Shown: positions 39,584 through 52,234 of the stretch, piece by piece
Layout: each line of letters opens with the position of its first letter
How positions within the stretch are numbered: the first letter of the stretch is position 1
Origin: Octopus sinensis
Taxonomy: Eukaryota
DNA: 64,000 nt
Reading direction: 5' to 3'
Assembly (NCBI RefSeq): GCF_006345805.1
Contig: NC_043003.1
Location: 86,552,001 to 86,616,000 of the forward strand
The notes under the pieces: model-generated
Database searches by the model: none
What the model was told of the DNA's origin: nothing
The model's input: the letters and a program-made list of their open reading frames with translations, nothing else
Position numbers and translations under genes: made by a program

Positions 39584-40718
39584 GGAGGTTGGATAAAATA
39601 ATGGAAACACCCAGTATCATAGCATCATAATTTTGAAATGTCTATAAAACCGTCAAAAGATTGTTGTTTTTTATGTTTTTTTTATTTATTATTAGTGTTG
39701 CTTAATATGATTTTCTAAAATTGTTGTTTCTTTTTAGATATCATCAGAAAAAGGTAAATGAAGTTCATTAAAATGACAGATCCCTCAGACTTTCAAAGAG
39801 GTCAAATTTGGTGCTCGTATGGCAGGTCCTAACGTAACGAAAACAACCGGAATGTCTTGAAAATAATGACAGCCTTTGAGAAAGAGGGGAAAACCTCCTC
39901 GTCGAAACAAAACTCCGGAAGAAAACCAAAACTTTTAGATAGGGACCGTCGGACTCTTACGCGAATTTTTAGAAAGGATCACAAAAGTACAGCTCTCAAA
40001 ATTACTGCAGAGCTTAATGATCAACTCCAGAACCCAGTTTCCGCAAAAACTGTTCGCCGGGAGCTGCACACAGCTGGATTTCACGGGAGGGCTGTAATCA
40101 GAAAACCACTACGTCCAAAAAGAAACGTTGCAAAGCATTTAGAGTGGAGTAAAAACCTACAGAATTGGTCCCTAGGGCAGTGGAAGAATGTTATTTTCTT
40201 GGACAAATCATCTTTTACTTTATTTCCGACCACCGGCTGAGTATATGCGTGCAGACAGCCTAAAAAAAGCATTTGACACAGACTGCCTTCTTCCAACTGT
40301 TATACATGGAGGGGGATCTGTGATGATCTGGGGGTCTATATCTTGGAAATCCGCCGGCCTAATTGTTTCCCTTCGTGGCAAAATTAATAGTCAAGACTAT
40401 TTAAGCATTTTATCTGATCAAATTCATCCTATGGTTGCGGAACTGTTCCCGGTGGGGAAACGCAATAGTTCAAGATGATAATGCAACAATTCACACAACT
40501 AAAGTTATTACTGAACGGTACGAGGAACATGCTAGTGAAGTTGAACAACTTATCCGGCCACCACAGTCCCCAGATCTCAATATTACTGAACATTTATGGT
40601 ACATTTTATTAAAAAAAGTAAGGAGTCGATATCCTCCACCATCAACACTACAAGAACTGGAGACTGTTTTAGCTGAAGAATGGACAAAAATTAAGGTGTT
40701 TCCATTATTTTGTCCAAC

Positions 40719-40723
<5 letters not shown>
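39583..40723 (+). mobile_element. Tc1-family transposon with DD36E spacing (Incomer-like), frameshifted and deleted near the 3' end
   Basis: TIRs of about 29 bp (GGTTGGA(T/C)AAAATAATGGAAACACC) embedded in (TA)n; peptides SGRKPKLLDRDRRTL, VRRELH..GFHGRAVIRKPL, VIFLDKSSF, GGGSVMIWG, QDDNATIH-PQSPDLNITEHLW with 36 residues between D and E. Confidence 0.9.
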
Positions 40724-40753
<30 letters not shown>

Positions 40754-40756
<3 letters not shown>

Positions 40757-41794
40757 TCAAGCACTTATAAATGGACTTGACGTAAACATTCAATTCACTA
40801 TGGAATATGGCCAGCAACAAATTCACTTCCTCGACATACTCATTAAGAAACCTAATAACGTAAGAGAAACAGATATATACTATAAGTCTACGGACTTCAA
40901 GCAATATCTACCGTTCAACTCATGCCACCCCAGACACACCAGTATGAATATCCCTTCAAGCTAGCAAAAAGGATATGTACAATAGTTTCTAATGCAAACA
41001 CCAGAGACACACGACTACATGAACTAAATGATACACTCATCACCAGGAACTACCCACCTTCTCTAATTAAAATATGCTTTCAACGTGCCCATCAACTCAA
41101 CATCCACGAACTCAGACATCCCAAGTTAAATAAGGATTTACAACCAAAGCGCTACCAAACATCTCCACACACATCCTTCTCAACAAGGAAGCGTTCGACG
41201 CCATCCTCCAAAACATTCCCTGCTAAGAAAATAACCACAGAATGAACTTAATCCTCCAAACACACATCATCATAAAAAACAAGAGACAACGCAAATCTAT
41301 GAAAAGTCTCCTAACACAAGCCCGAATACGCTCAACAAAAACACAGACGCCGTTAGTAAAAAAAATGCGGAAGACCCAACTGTGGGATATGCGTCAATTT
41401 AATTGAGGGATCAGAGTTCTCCTTCAAACAGAGACAACGTTTCACAGTGAAAAGCAACTTCACATGTGCCTCAGAGAACCTGATATACGCACTAACCTGC
41501 ACTGGGTGTCAAGAGCAATACATAGGCCAAACAAGAAACAGTCTACGTAAAAGAATAGCCCTGCACAGATCCCAGATCAAAATTCCCCAAAACAGAAAAA
41601 TAGCATTCAGCCAACACAAAGACTTTTGCCCCAATAAGAAAAATACAAGCTTCAGAATTTTTCCCTTCTGCCAATTCAGGGACGATACAACCTGTAGCCA
41701 ACGAATTAGTAAAGAGACTCTCTTTTTTACAAAATACAGACCCCTTTTGAACGCGTCTACAACAAACGACATATCCACCACGGCCTTAGAATAA
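40754..41794 (+). mobile_element. Penelope-like element 3' fragment (RT thumb, Cys linker, GIY-YIG), frameshifted
   Basis: INGLDVNIQFTMEY..IHFLDILI..TDIYYKSTDFKQYLPFNSCHPRHT; KCGRPNCGIC; SNFTCASENLIYALTCTGCQEQYIGQTRNSLRKRIALHRSQI. The Cys-rich linker suggests a Neptune-type element. Confidence 0.88.
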
Positions 41795-41907
41795 CACAAA
41801 CACAAATATTCTTTTAGAAAACACTTCTTTTAATTTTTCCAAATTTTAATTTGCTTTCCATACTTACAGTTGAAAACGTTTCAATGACTGAAACCGATAC
41901 TGAAATG

Positions 41908-42238
<331 letters not shown>

Positions 42239-42242
42239 ACGT

Positions 42243-42843
42243 ATTAAAATAACAAGGTAAAAGTTATTTTTTTCATTCCTTTTGAAGATTGCTTTTAAAT
42301 GTGGTTTTGGTCGTTTTGACTACTTCTAGCGTGTAAGAACTGCCTGTTGAAGGCAGTTTTCTTTTGTGTTTAAATATACACTTTTTTTATATTGAGAATA
42401 TGCTGTCTATTGACTTTTTATCCATGCTAGGCCATTGGTAGTGAAATTTCTAAAAAAAATCTCACTACCCTATACTTTACGCATATTTAGCAATTTTTAT
42501 AAGATTAGATCGGCATATATTCATTTACTGCCTACTGAAACTGCTGTTGCGCGATGAATACGAAAAATTATAATATATAACGATGAGACACGTGTTATTG
42601 GCATCTTAATTATATGTTAGTGTTATGGCCAGGTCACTGATGAGAAATTCGCCTAGCAAATTGTTTTATTTGCTTAAAAAATTTGAATTCTAGGTTTGAC
42701 CGGATTAAAATAATAAGGTAAAAGATTTTATTTTTCATTCCTTTTGAATATTGCTCTTCAATATGGTTTTGGTCGCTTTGACTACTTTTTCTTGTGGGTA
42801 AAAACCGCCTGCTGAAGACAGTTTTCTCTTGTGTTTAAATATA

Positions 42844-42847
<4 letters not shown>
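42243..42847. repeat. About 600-bp unit bounded by diverged direct repeats of about 140 bp
   Basis: ATTAAAATAA(C/T)AAGGTAAAAG...TGGTTTTGGTCG...GTGTTTAAATATACAC at about 42243-42382 and 42704-42847. Confidence 0.8.
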
Positions 42848-42924
<77 letters not shown>

Positions 42925-42972
42925 AGGGAAGAAATGGAGCCGAACGAAGATTCTACAAAATTCCTTTTTATT

Positions 42973-43058
42973 ATTTTCTACACATGTTTCAAAGGCTGCA
43001 AATTCCCAAATTCGGATTGAATAAGGAGACCATTCTGCAGCTTTCTCTTCAGGAAAAT
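42973..43058 (-). ncRNA. Type I hammerhead ribozyme in the PLE 3' UTR
   Basis: ATTTTC-CTGAAGA-GAAAGCTGCAGA(31 nt)TTTGCAGCCTTT-GAAAC-ATGT-GTA-GAAAAT: canonical core, 6-bp stem I, about 12-bp stem II, GUA triplet. Confidence 0.85.
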
Positions 43059-43677
43059 CCAGGAATTTAAAATCTCAAAACAAATGCGCAGCAAGCTTTT
43101 CGAACTAAACGCTCCCTAGGAGCCCATGGTAAAAATGGCATAAAACTGTCTCTCAATATGCGCTGACGGCAGGTGGGTGAAGGCCGACGAAAAAATCCGT
43201 TGGAATAAACCTAGGTCAAAACGGTCAAATCAGGTAGGGGAAGAATCACAGAAAACCCAAAGAGTGTGAATATATTCTGTATAACTAGTGTTAATGTTCA
43301 AATTGTTTTAAGAATGACAGCTATCTTATTTGGGTGTGAGGAACTACCTACATGTATGTGTGTGTGTATGCGCCTATGTATGTGTGGCAGTATGTTAGGA
43401 AGCAGCTAGAGAGAAAATATATTGTATTGTAGGCATTGCTGGTCAAGCGGCTGATAAAATTCTGTGTCTGTGTGTTCGTCTATGACCAGTTTATATACAG
43501 ATGACTTGTCAAAAACAAGGGGAGTATAATCCCTGATATTGTTTCTAAAAAAGTAGCAGAATATACGCTAAAAGGGGAGTAATTTCCCCTTTCAAATTTA
43601 ATTCAAAATTTTTCCCAAATTTCTTCCAAAAAATTTTTTCTTTTCTTAGGACATCAAGGTGTTAATTATCTTAGGCT

Positions 43678-46145
43678 TCAATTGTATGCAAGAATTGTCA
43701 GTCGCCTCCAGTGGGGACATCTGAAAGAGTGTTGTAAAATCCCGTTAACTAGGTGCCCTCGGGCGAACAAAATGTGAAAAAGTTCAGAGTTGCAGAGATT
43801 ACAGATTCTTTTGCCCCTATCAAACGGTACAGCCACCGATAAAATCGACCATTCCAGTCTAAATGCTGAATTCGCGTTCTTCAAACGCCAGATTAATTTA
43901 CTTAGTCCGGTAGCGTGTTGTTTTCTAAAATCGCGAAAAGTTGTGAAGTGGTTCGATATTCTCACGGCCAATTTTGATGATGACGCTCCGATATACGAGT
44001 AGACATCCGATCCAGTATAAACTCTGCATTGGTAAATGGCATTTCTAATCTTGGAATTACTAGATAAGAACCTTATTCTATTGGGATTGGCTTCCGATAT
44101 TAACACGGCGTTCTTATTACTATTATGATTGTGAGAACTACGGCTGTCTTCGACATTATACACCCCATTATCAATACTATTTAATGGAATATCACCTATA
44201 TATTCCCTGCCACTGAGATCGCTGTGATTGCTAATGTCAGTGATGCTACTGTTGTCAAACCCGTTGCTAAAATTGTTATTGGGACTCTCTACATTAATGA
44301 CTCGGACAGTGCTCTCATCCCTATTCCCATTACTAACATTAGAGTCGTCACCATTGCTCCTATCATTATTCCTATTATTAACTCCATGCCTGGTATGGAG
44401 ATTGCTAATCTCTGTGCCGGCTCTATTACCATTATTCTTATTTTTATTAATACTGCGCGTTATTCTGGCATTGGACGGAGCTGCGTCTCCGAACGTGGGT
44501 GAGAGGGTCTTGTTTAGCAGCTTATTGTTATGGGAGGAAATTATCTGTGAGAGATTTTTCGTATTGGAGAAGGCTATCCTAACTTTGTGTGAGTTAACAG
44601 TGGCGTAATATCTGGAATTTCTGGGAAAGTTACTGACAATAGCTTGGCGAAACTGCAGGGGTAGATTAGATCTTATTTGTTTACCAAAGGGAATTACAAA
44701 CCAAATATATTTATCCCTGTTTTTGTACTGGGTCGGGGAGTCAACTCTGACATTAAGGTGGGTATTTCTAGGTTGAATAATAGGTTTTGGCTTACTATGG
44801 TCTCCCCTGGACCGCAAATTATTTATGTTACCTAAATTTATTCTAGATGTACTAGTTTCGACATTCCTCAGGCTACCATCAGTACTTAAATTATTTATGT
44901 TATTGTATCCGGCCCTATCCTGATGACTGAATGCTGGCATCGAAAGGGCCGGATCTATATATACTATTTTCTCCCTATAACCGGCTTTAGACAGGGCGGC
45001 ATTATAAAATTCCGCTTTCTGCCTAAAAATGTCGACATTGGCAGACAAATTAGTTAATCTTTGAGAAATATTTTTAACCAAATTGTCTGTTATAGTTTTA
45101 GCGTGATTCGAGAAGACACTGACATACTTTAAGTTAGTGGAAGGCTTGTGGTAAGGGCAGTAGGAATCACTATGGAGGTTTAGTGTGACATCTAAGAAAT
45201 TAGCCTTAGTAAGCTCGTTATCAAAAACTATACTCATGCCCATCCTATTAAAGAACCTAGCTAATCTGTTTTTAGTTTTCTGTACGATTCTGTTCGGGGT
45301 GTTTTGTAGGTAAAACAGACAATCGTCACGATATAGGCCGCCCCCGATATCCGGGAATTGGTCGGATAATTCGTAGAGAATATAGATTCCGACCAAATCG
45401 GCAATCTGCGCGCTATCTGAACTACCCATAGGTACATCGAACTCGTTGGGAGTATCTTTACGAACCCACAACTTATTTTCAAACTCTATAAATGATTTCC
45501 TGGCGACTAGAATTATATCAATTTCTTCTCTAGAGAGACCTGCCTTATTATGTGCATGCCACAGGGCCTTATTAAGTACACTAGGGTTAATTGAGGGGTA
45601 GAAATTAGCAATATCGAACTGAATGAACTTAGTTCGGTTTTTATTAGGGATAGCAGAGAACCACCTAACGACCTGCGAAGAGCTCGCCCAGAGGTTAAGC
45701 TTCGGCTTATTGACTAAACTAGGAATATATTTGTCTAAAATGTACTTACTGATGGCACCGATGTCAGAACTAGAAGGGCATATGAGCCTTAACGCTGGGT
45801 TGGTGTAGAAATTTGGTTTGTGGTCCTTAACAATGAATCTAGGTTGTTTAGGGCTAAGCGGCTGTGTTCGCATTTGAATTCCGTAATTAACCGTTATTTT
45901 CTTAATCTCCAAGTTTACTTTTCTCAGTGTATTCCTATTTGTTGTTCTATAGTTCTTCTGGATCTCCTTTCCGAGTAAATCTAAGTACTGGTTAATGGGT
46001 AACTTGTACGTGTTCCTTGTTTTGTCAGATTGAACCAGGATTCCGTCTGACCTGTTAATATCCTTAGTGATTTTCTCTAGGTATCTGAGGTGTTCATTTC
46101 TCCTGGGTGACTTCCTGAATTTAATGCTCCTTACAATGTCCCACA

Positions 46146-46146
<1 letters not shown>
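43678..46146 (-). CDS. PLE reverse transcriptase / GIY-YIG endonuclease, 822 codons without stop or frameshift (part of the 43678-46386 ORF)
   Basis: RT motifs QFDIANFYPSI, DVPMGSSDSAQIADLVGIYIL, GLYRDDCL (45323-45334), NFLDVTLNL, PYHKP; endonuclease AIYQC..YSYIGA..RISNH and CNLCNSE..RCPH. Confidence 0.93.
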
Positions 46147-47084
<938 letters not shown>

Positions 47085-47459
47085 TACGTCAGGACAAACT
47101 AAACTTGGTGCGGCCAAGTTTGCTTAATCAAGCCCTTAGCTCTAAAACTACTTGGTTTCCAATCTAGTTCCACTGAACGTCATTTTAGGTAAGTATGCTA
47201 CGGCCAAAACTCGAGCCGACAACAACTTTGAGTGAAATTTGGTAAAATGAAACCGTTTAGATATTCGTCTGAAGAGACGTTCCAGCTATGGAGTGGAAAA
47301 CTTAAGCCGTAATCAGGTTCATTAGAGGAGTGGATCTTTCTATGTATATTTCGAGCGAACTAGTTTTTCACTTTCAGAAAAAAATCTTCCTTTTATCACA
47401 CTTGAAGTTCTTAAAAAATGGCAGTTCTTACTGCTGCGTTTCCACATCTCTACATGCCC

Positions 47460-47800
47460 CATATATGCCATATATATATATTCGCATATATACATACATA
47501 TATGTACATACCTGCATATATATGTATATATACATGCATATATGGGTACAGGACATAAAAAAAGCGTTGAACACAATGAGAAACGAAAACAAAAACAAAA
47601 ACATAGAAACGAACTTTTTTTGGAACAACGAAAAAACCAAACATAGAAACGAGACATACAACATAAACAATATTCCCCTTCTTCAGTTGTCCCTGTTTCA
47701 TCTACTCCACGTGTTTTCGAAGGCAAGGACAATACGCGACTTTGTTGAAACAGTCCTTCCCGCAAAGCAAATTAAATAAAAGTGGGATTTTTGCGGAGGG
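47460..47800. mobile_element. Unclassified interspersed repeat; direct copy at about 48600-48830 and an inverted relative at about 51480-51570
   Basis: CATGCATATATGGGTACAGGAC...AAAACATAGAAACGAAC..TTTTGGAACAACGAAAAAA is shared. Confidence 0.65.
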
Positions 47801-48300
47801 TGAAAGTGGTAACAAGAACAGGTCAGTGAGAACAAAACAGTTAAAACAAAAGGGCTGTTAAGTCAAGATGATAGAACAATTATTATGAACGCTAGGAAGA
47901 CGAGCTTATGAGGAGGCGGTATAAGCACGTTTTGTCTTTAGGAAGGTAGTGAGCAGAAAGATAGATTCTCTTTCGTCACGTGTCAGCGACGAGAGAGTCG
48001 AGGAGGAGGAGTGAGAGGGCGGTAACGGTGAAGAGGGGAGGAAAAGAATAGGGAAGGATAGGAGAAAAAACCAGAAATGATGAACAAGAGAGAGAGAAAG
48101 AGAGAGACTGAGAATATATAGTAGAGATAGAAGAGTGCGCATCGTAATTATTAAGATAAAACTTACTTGGAAAAGCATGCATTGCGTTCGATCATATAAT
48201 AATATAACTAATATATAAATATATATCTAATGTAGGATAAAATTCTTCGAAAGAAATTCTATCAATGGTCAGCATATTAGAAAAATACCTTTAAAGGTTA

Positions 48301-48597
48301 AATTTATAAACAAATTATAAATAAGGCCAAGAGAAAAAAATTCTAATACCAAAATATGCCGAAAATAGACACAACGCCAATAACCATTATAATTCGTCAC
48401 TACAAGCACGTGACTCAAAGAAAGCTGACAGAAATTTCTAAAAAATCCCGTTATTACAAAATTTTATTAGAAATTTCAGTCGGCTTTCTTTGAGACACGT
48501 GCTTGTAGTGACGAATTATAATGGTTATTGACGTTACGGCATATTTTGACATTAGAAATTTTTTCTCTTTCTTTTACTTATAAATTAATATATAAAT
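48301..48597. repeat. Fold-back element: about 64-bp inner arms (48378-48441 / 48467-48530) plus diverged outer arms
   Basis: CAATAACCATTATAATTCGTCACTACAAGCACGTG(A/T)CTCAAAGAAAGC..GAAATTTCTAA is mirrored with 3 mismatches. Confidence 0.88.
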
Positions 48598-48966
48598 ATA
48601 TGCCTATATACATACATATATGTACATACCTACATATATATGTATATATACATGCATATATGGGTACAGGACGAAAACATAAAAACAAAAAACATAGAAA
48701 CGAACTTATTTTGGAACAACGAAAAAAACAGAGAAACGAGACATACAACAGGGCATATAGAGATGTGGAAAAAAACCCTCGATTCAATAACGCTGTGCAC
48801 AGACACTATAGTTGGAATGAGCAATTTTAAATACTATTGGAACTTACTCACAAAGTATTGGAATCTTATCTGTATACCATTCTGCCTAAATAATGGATCT
48901 ACAGATGCAATATCCCTGCATAGCTCACGTCTATTTTCATTCCTCCACTTCACTCACTATTTCATA

Positions 48967-49350
48967 TCTCTCTATATATAAACGGCAGTTTGTCTGTGCG
49001 TGTTTCTGTGTGTCTGTTTGCTTGTACCCTCACCCTGACCACGGCTTTCAACCGATTCTGATGAAACTTGACACACACATAGCCCAATGTCATAATTCAA
49101 AACTAACGCAGCGAAAATTTTGAAAAGTTCCCCAGTTCTGAAAAAAATCGATAAATTCGACATGGGGTCGAGAATTAGAAACACGAACCACAAACTGTCT
49201 AGGGGACGCAACTCCACCTTTTTTAAATCTCAAAAAAAAATTTACCATCATTTTTTTCCATTTTTTTGCTAATTTTTGGCTATAACTCTCTAAAAATGCT
49301 TTATAGTTATTTCCCTTACAAACCTGAGCAACGCCGGGCGATACTGCTAG
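48967..49350 (+). mobile_element. Short non-autonomous Helitron-type element (384 bp)
   Basis: Lies between A and T; begins TCTCTCTATATATAA; ends with the CCTGAGCAACGCCGGG hairpin and CTAG. Confidence 0.75.
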
Positions 49351-49391
49351 TCTTATCTAAAATAACTATTACTTAACCATTTTCTCACACC

Positions 49392-49439
49392 GTCTCCGAT
49401 GAAGGGATATATAAAATATACCGGAAACAGCTGTAAGAC
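49392..49439 (+). ncRNA. Minimal type I hammerhead motif, core CCGAUGA
   Basis: GTCT-CCGATGA-A-GGGATATATAAAATATACC-G-GAAAC-AGCT-GTA-AGAC; palindromic stem III ACAGCTGT. Confidence 0.6.
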
Positions 49440-49676
49440 CTTCTATTTATAAATGTTCAAAAACCTTTCATGGCCTTGGATTTTTATCTCATTATGAATT
49501 TTTTTATATATATGCACATGCTGATATATTACCTACGCTGAACTCGTTCTCATAATCACCGAACCTGGAGCCTAACTATAGTCTGTCTATAGCACTTACT
49601 CAGCATTACCTGACGCCTTTGAATCTTATTGATACCATTACCTCTCATAACCTCTCTGTCTCTGTCTCTCTGTCTG

Positions 49677-49759
<83 letters not shown>

Positions 49760-49789
49760 TGGTTTCTGTCCTGTCATTTAATTACTGCC

Positions 49790-49985
49790 ACGCCGGTGCA
49801 CCCCCATGAAGGGTTTTAGTCAAATGGATTCACAGCAGCATTTATTTTCTAACTTTGGTACTTATTTTATCAGTCTCTTTTGCTGAACCGCTTAATTTCG
49901 GGACGTAATAAACTATCACTGGTTGCCTCGCGGTAGGGGATAAACACAGGCACAAAGATACACATACATACCACACACACACACA

Positions 49986-50021
<36 letters not shown>

Positions 50022-50175
50022 TGTATATATATACACGACGGGCTCCCTCAGATTTCATCTTTTGAATTTCCTAACAAGGCACTAGGCTATCGTAGAAGAC
50101 ACAAGCCCAAGATGGCGCAGAGTAGAATTGAACAAAAAAACCCGTGGTTACAAAGTGAGTTTCTTAGTGACACAG
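49790..50175 (-). mobile_element. Degenerate SINE family A
   Basis: TTATTTTATCAGTCTCTTTTGCTGAACCGCT, CGTAGAAGACAC..CCCAAG and TTGAAC...TGTGGTT-like motifs. Confidence 0.6.
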
Positions 50176-50848
50176 TTAAACCAGCAACTGTACAGTATGC
50201 TTTACAATGTATTGATGCATCAAATGTTTTAAGATACAAACATTTAACTGTAATATAGAACTTCTATATACAAACTGTGAATTATTAAAAAAACTTTTTA
50301 ACTTGCTATTCAATCAGTTCACATAATAAAACAAATTTAATAGAGTAAATAATATCATTTGAACGTATTTATCCAAATATTTATTGTACACATGTTTCAA
50401 TAATAGACTAATACGTTTATATAATAAATACCCATAAATTTTTCATCAATCTAAATTTAATTGACGTTGAAAAATATTAAACGAATGTAACGTCTAAACG
50501 AAATAGGAAACTTATTAAGATGAAAACTGAACAATACATTTATGCATACATAAAAATACACACACACACACACAAACATATATATATATATGTGCACATG
50601 CATACATAGATTCACATTCACATAAACACGCATATTCTTTAATGTGTAATGAAAACGCTATGTATTTCTTAATTTTTAACATTTAATTAAAATTTCAATT
50701 ACTGATCAAATGGATCTTTATTATGAAATGGTGTAAGTCTATTATTGAATTTCATGTACAATGGTTATTTGCGTAAATCATTTTAAATATTATACATATA
50801 TAGGCTTGTTACTGTATATATACATACATACACATATATGTATATATG

Positions 50849-50909
<61 letters not shown>

Positions 50910-50913
50910 TATA

Positions 50914-50960
50914 TTTCTGATGAAGGGATATCAATAATATCCCAGAAACAGCTGTAAGAC
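50914..50960 (+). ncRNA. Minimal type I hammerhead motif, same family as 49392-49439
   Basis: TTT-CTGATGA-A-GGGATAT-CAATA-ATATCCC-A-GAAAC-AGCT-GTA-AGA; perfect 7-bp stem II, weak stem I. Confidence 0.65.
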
Positions 50961-51089
50961 TATTTCATTATAAATGTCCTGAAAACGTCTCACAGCCTTA
51001 GATCTATTATCTCATTCTGTCTAATATATGTGTGTGTGTGTGTGTGTAGATATATGTGATATATATGTGTGTGTGTGTGTACATATCCA

Positions 51090-51570
51090 GGAAAACATCA
51101 TTTCCAGCTGATTATCGGACTTTTCCCTTTCTCCTTTCCGACAAAGAGCCATCTTCGAAACTTTAAAAACTCTCTTCTTTTACTGACTGTCAAACTACTA
51201 TAATTCTTGTGCACTACTAATATATTTCTTCCTCTCGTTCTAGTCTAACGACCCTCCATGTTCGTTTTCGATCGGTTTACTTGTATGTCTCCACCGTCAT
51301 GTTTTTATTCCCAATTTTGACCCTCCATAAATCCTTAATATATTTTAGAATTCATGGGAGCAACTGTCTTTGAAGTCTCAAATTGTCGTTGAATGCTCGA
51401 AATAGGAAGCCGACAACGGATTAAATGTCCTTTCTTTGTGTTTACTTGTCCTGTTCTCCATTTATTTCTCGCTGACTATGTTTTTAACCCTTTTTGTTTA
51501 CGTTTTTCATGTTGTTTGAACCGTTGGTGATGTCCTGTGCCCATACACGTATGTATATAAAAAAAAAAGG
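51090..51570 (+). mobile_element. PLE-type short repeat with a decayed minimal HHR at 51135-51170
   Basis: TTT-CCGACAA-AGAGCCATCTTC-GAAAC-TTTA-AAAAC aligns with the motif at 57577. Confidence 0.45.
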
Positions 51571-51769
51571 TCACCAGAATTTTGGATTTTTTAAATTTCT
51601 TCATTATTATTAGCGCCTTCGTTCGTTTATATAAAACGGATGTTTTTTTTTTTTTTTGGTGGGGGTTAGAAGAGGAGAACATTGTTTTTGTTTTTTGGGT
51701 GAGGTTCCATGACAACGGAGATAGATAGAAAAATAGGTAGGTAGATGGGTTGATAGATAGCTAATCAGA

Positions 51770-51925
<156 letters not shown>

Positions 51926-52010
51926 GAAGAGGATCCCCTTCCTATTCACCATTCATTTATTTAGTCTATATATAGTATATATATATATATACATACATAC
52001 ATACATACAT

Positions 52011-52234
52011 GGTTGGCCCTTTTAAATACAGGTACAACAGAAACAGGACGAAAGAGTAAAAGAAAGTTGTGGTGAAAGAGTACAGTAGGGTTCGCCACCA
52101 TCCACTACCGGGGCTTCATGGAGCTTTAAGTCTTTTCGTTCAACAAACACTCACAACGCCCGGTCTGGGAGTCGAAACCGCGATCCTACGACCTCGAGTC
52201 CGCTGCCCTAACTACTGGCACATTGCGCCTCCAC
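52011..52234 (-). mobile_element. tRNA-headed SINE family C, 5' half
   Basis: Highly similar to 55735-55958. Confidence 0.85.

Noticed and set aside
42637-42660. CTGATGAG as a hammerhead core
   Set aside because: No stem II and no downstream GAAA
43666-43680. Selenocysteine read-through of the PLE TGA stop (some Naiad elements encode selenoproteins)
   Set aside because: Read-through adds only Ser-Leu-Arg before TAA, the ORF has no internal TGA, and I saw no convincing SECIS by eye; a SECISearch run on the 3' UTR would settle it
43790-45808. Plus-strand ORFs overlapping the PLE
   Set aside because: Antisense shadows of a long coding frame with no independent motifs
47265-47310. CTGAAGA...GAAAACTTA as a hammerhead
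   Set aside because: Stem II is irregular with a G-G closing pair and stem I has only 1 bp; at most a decayed relic
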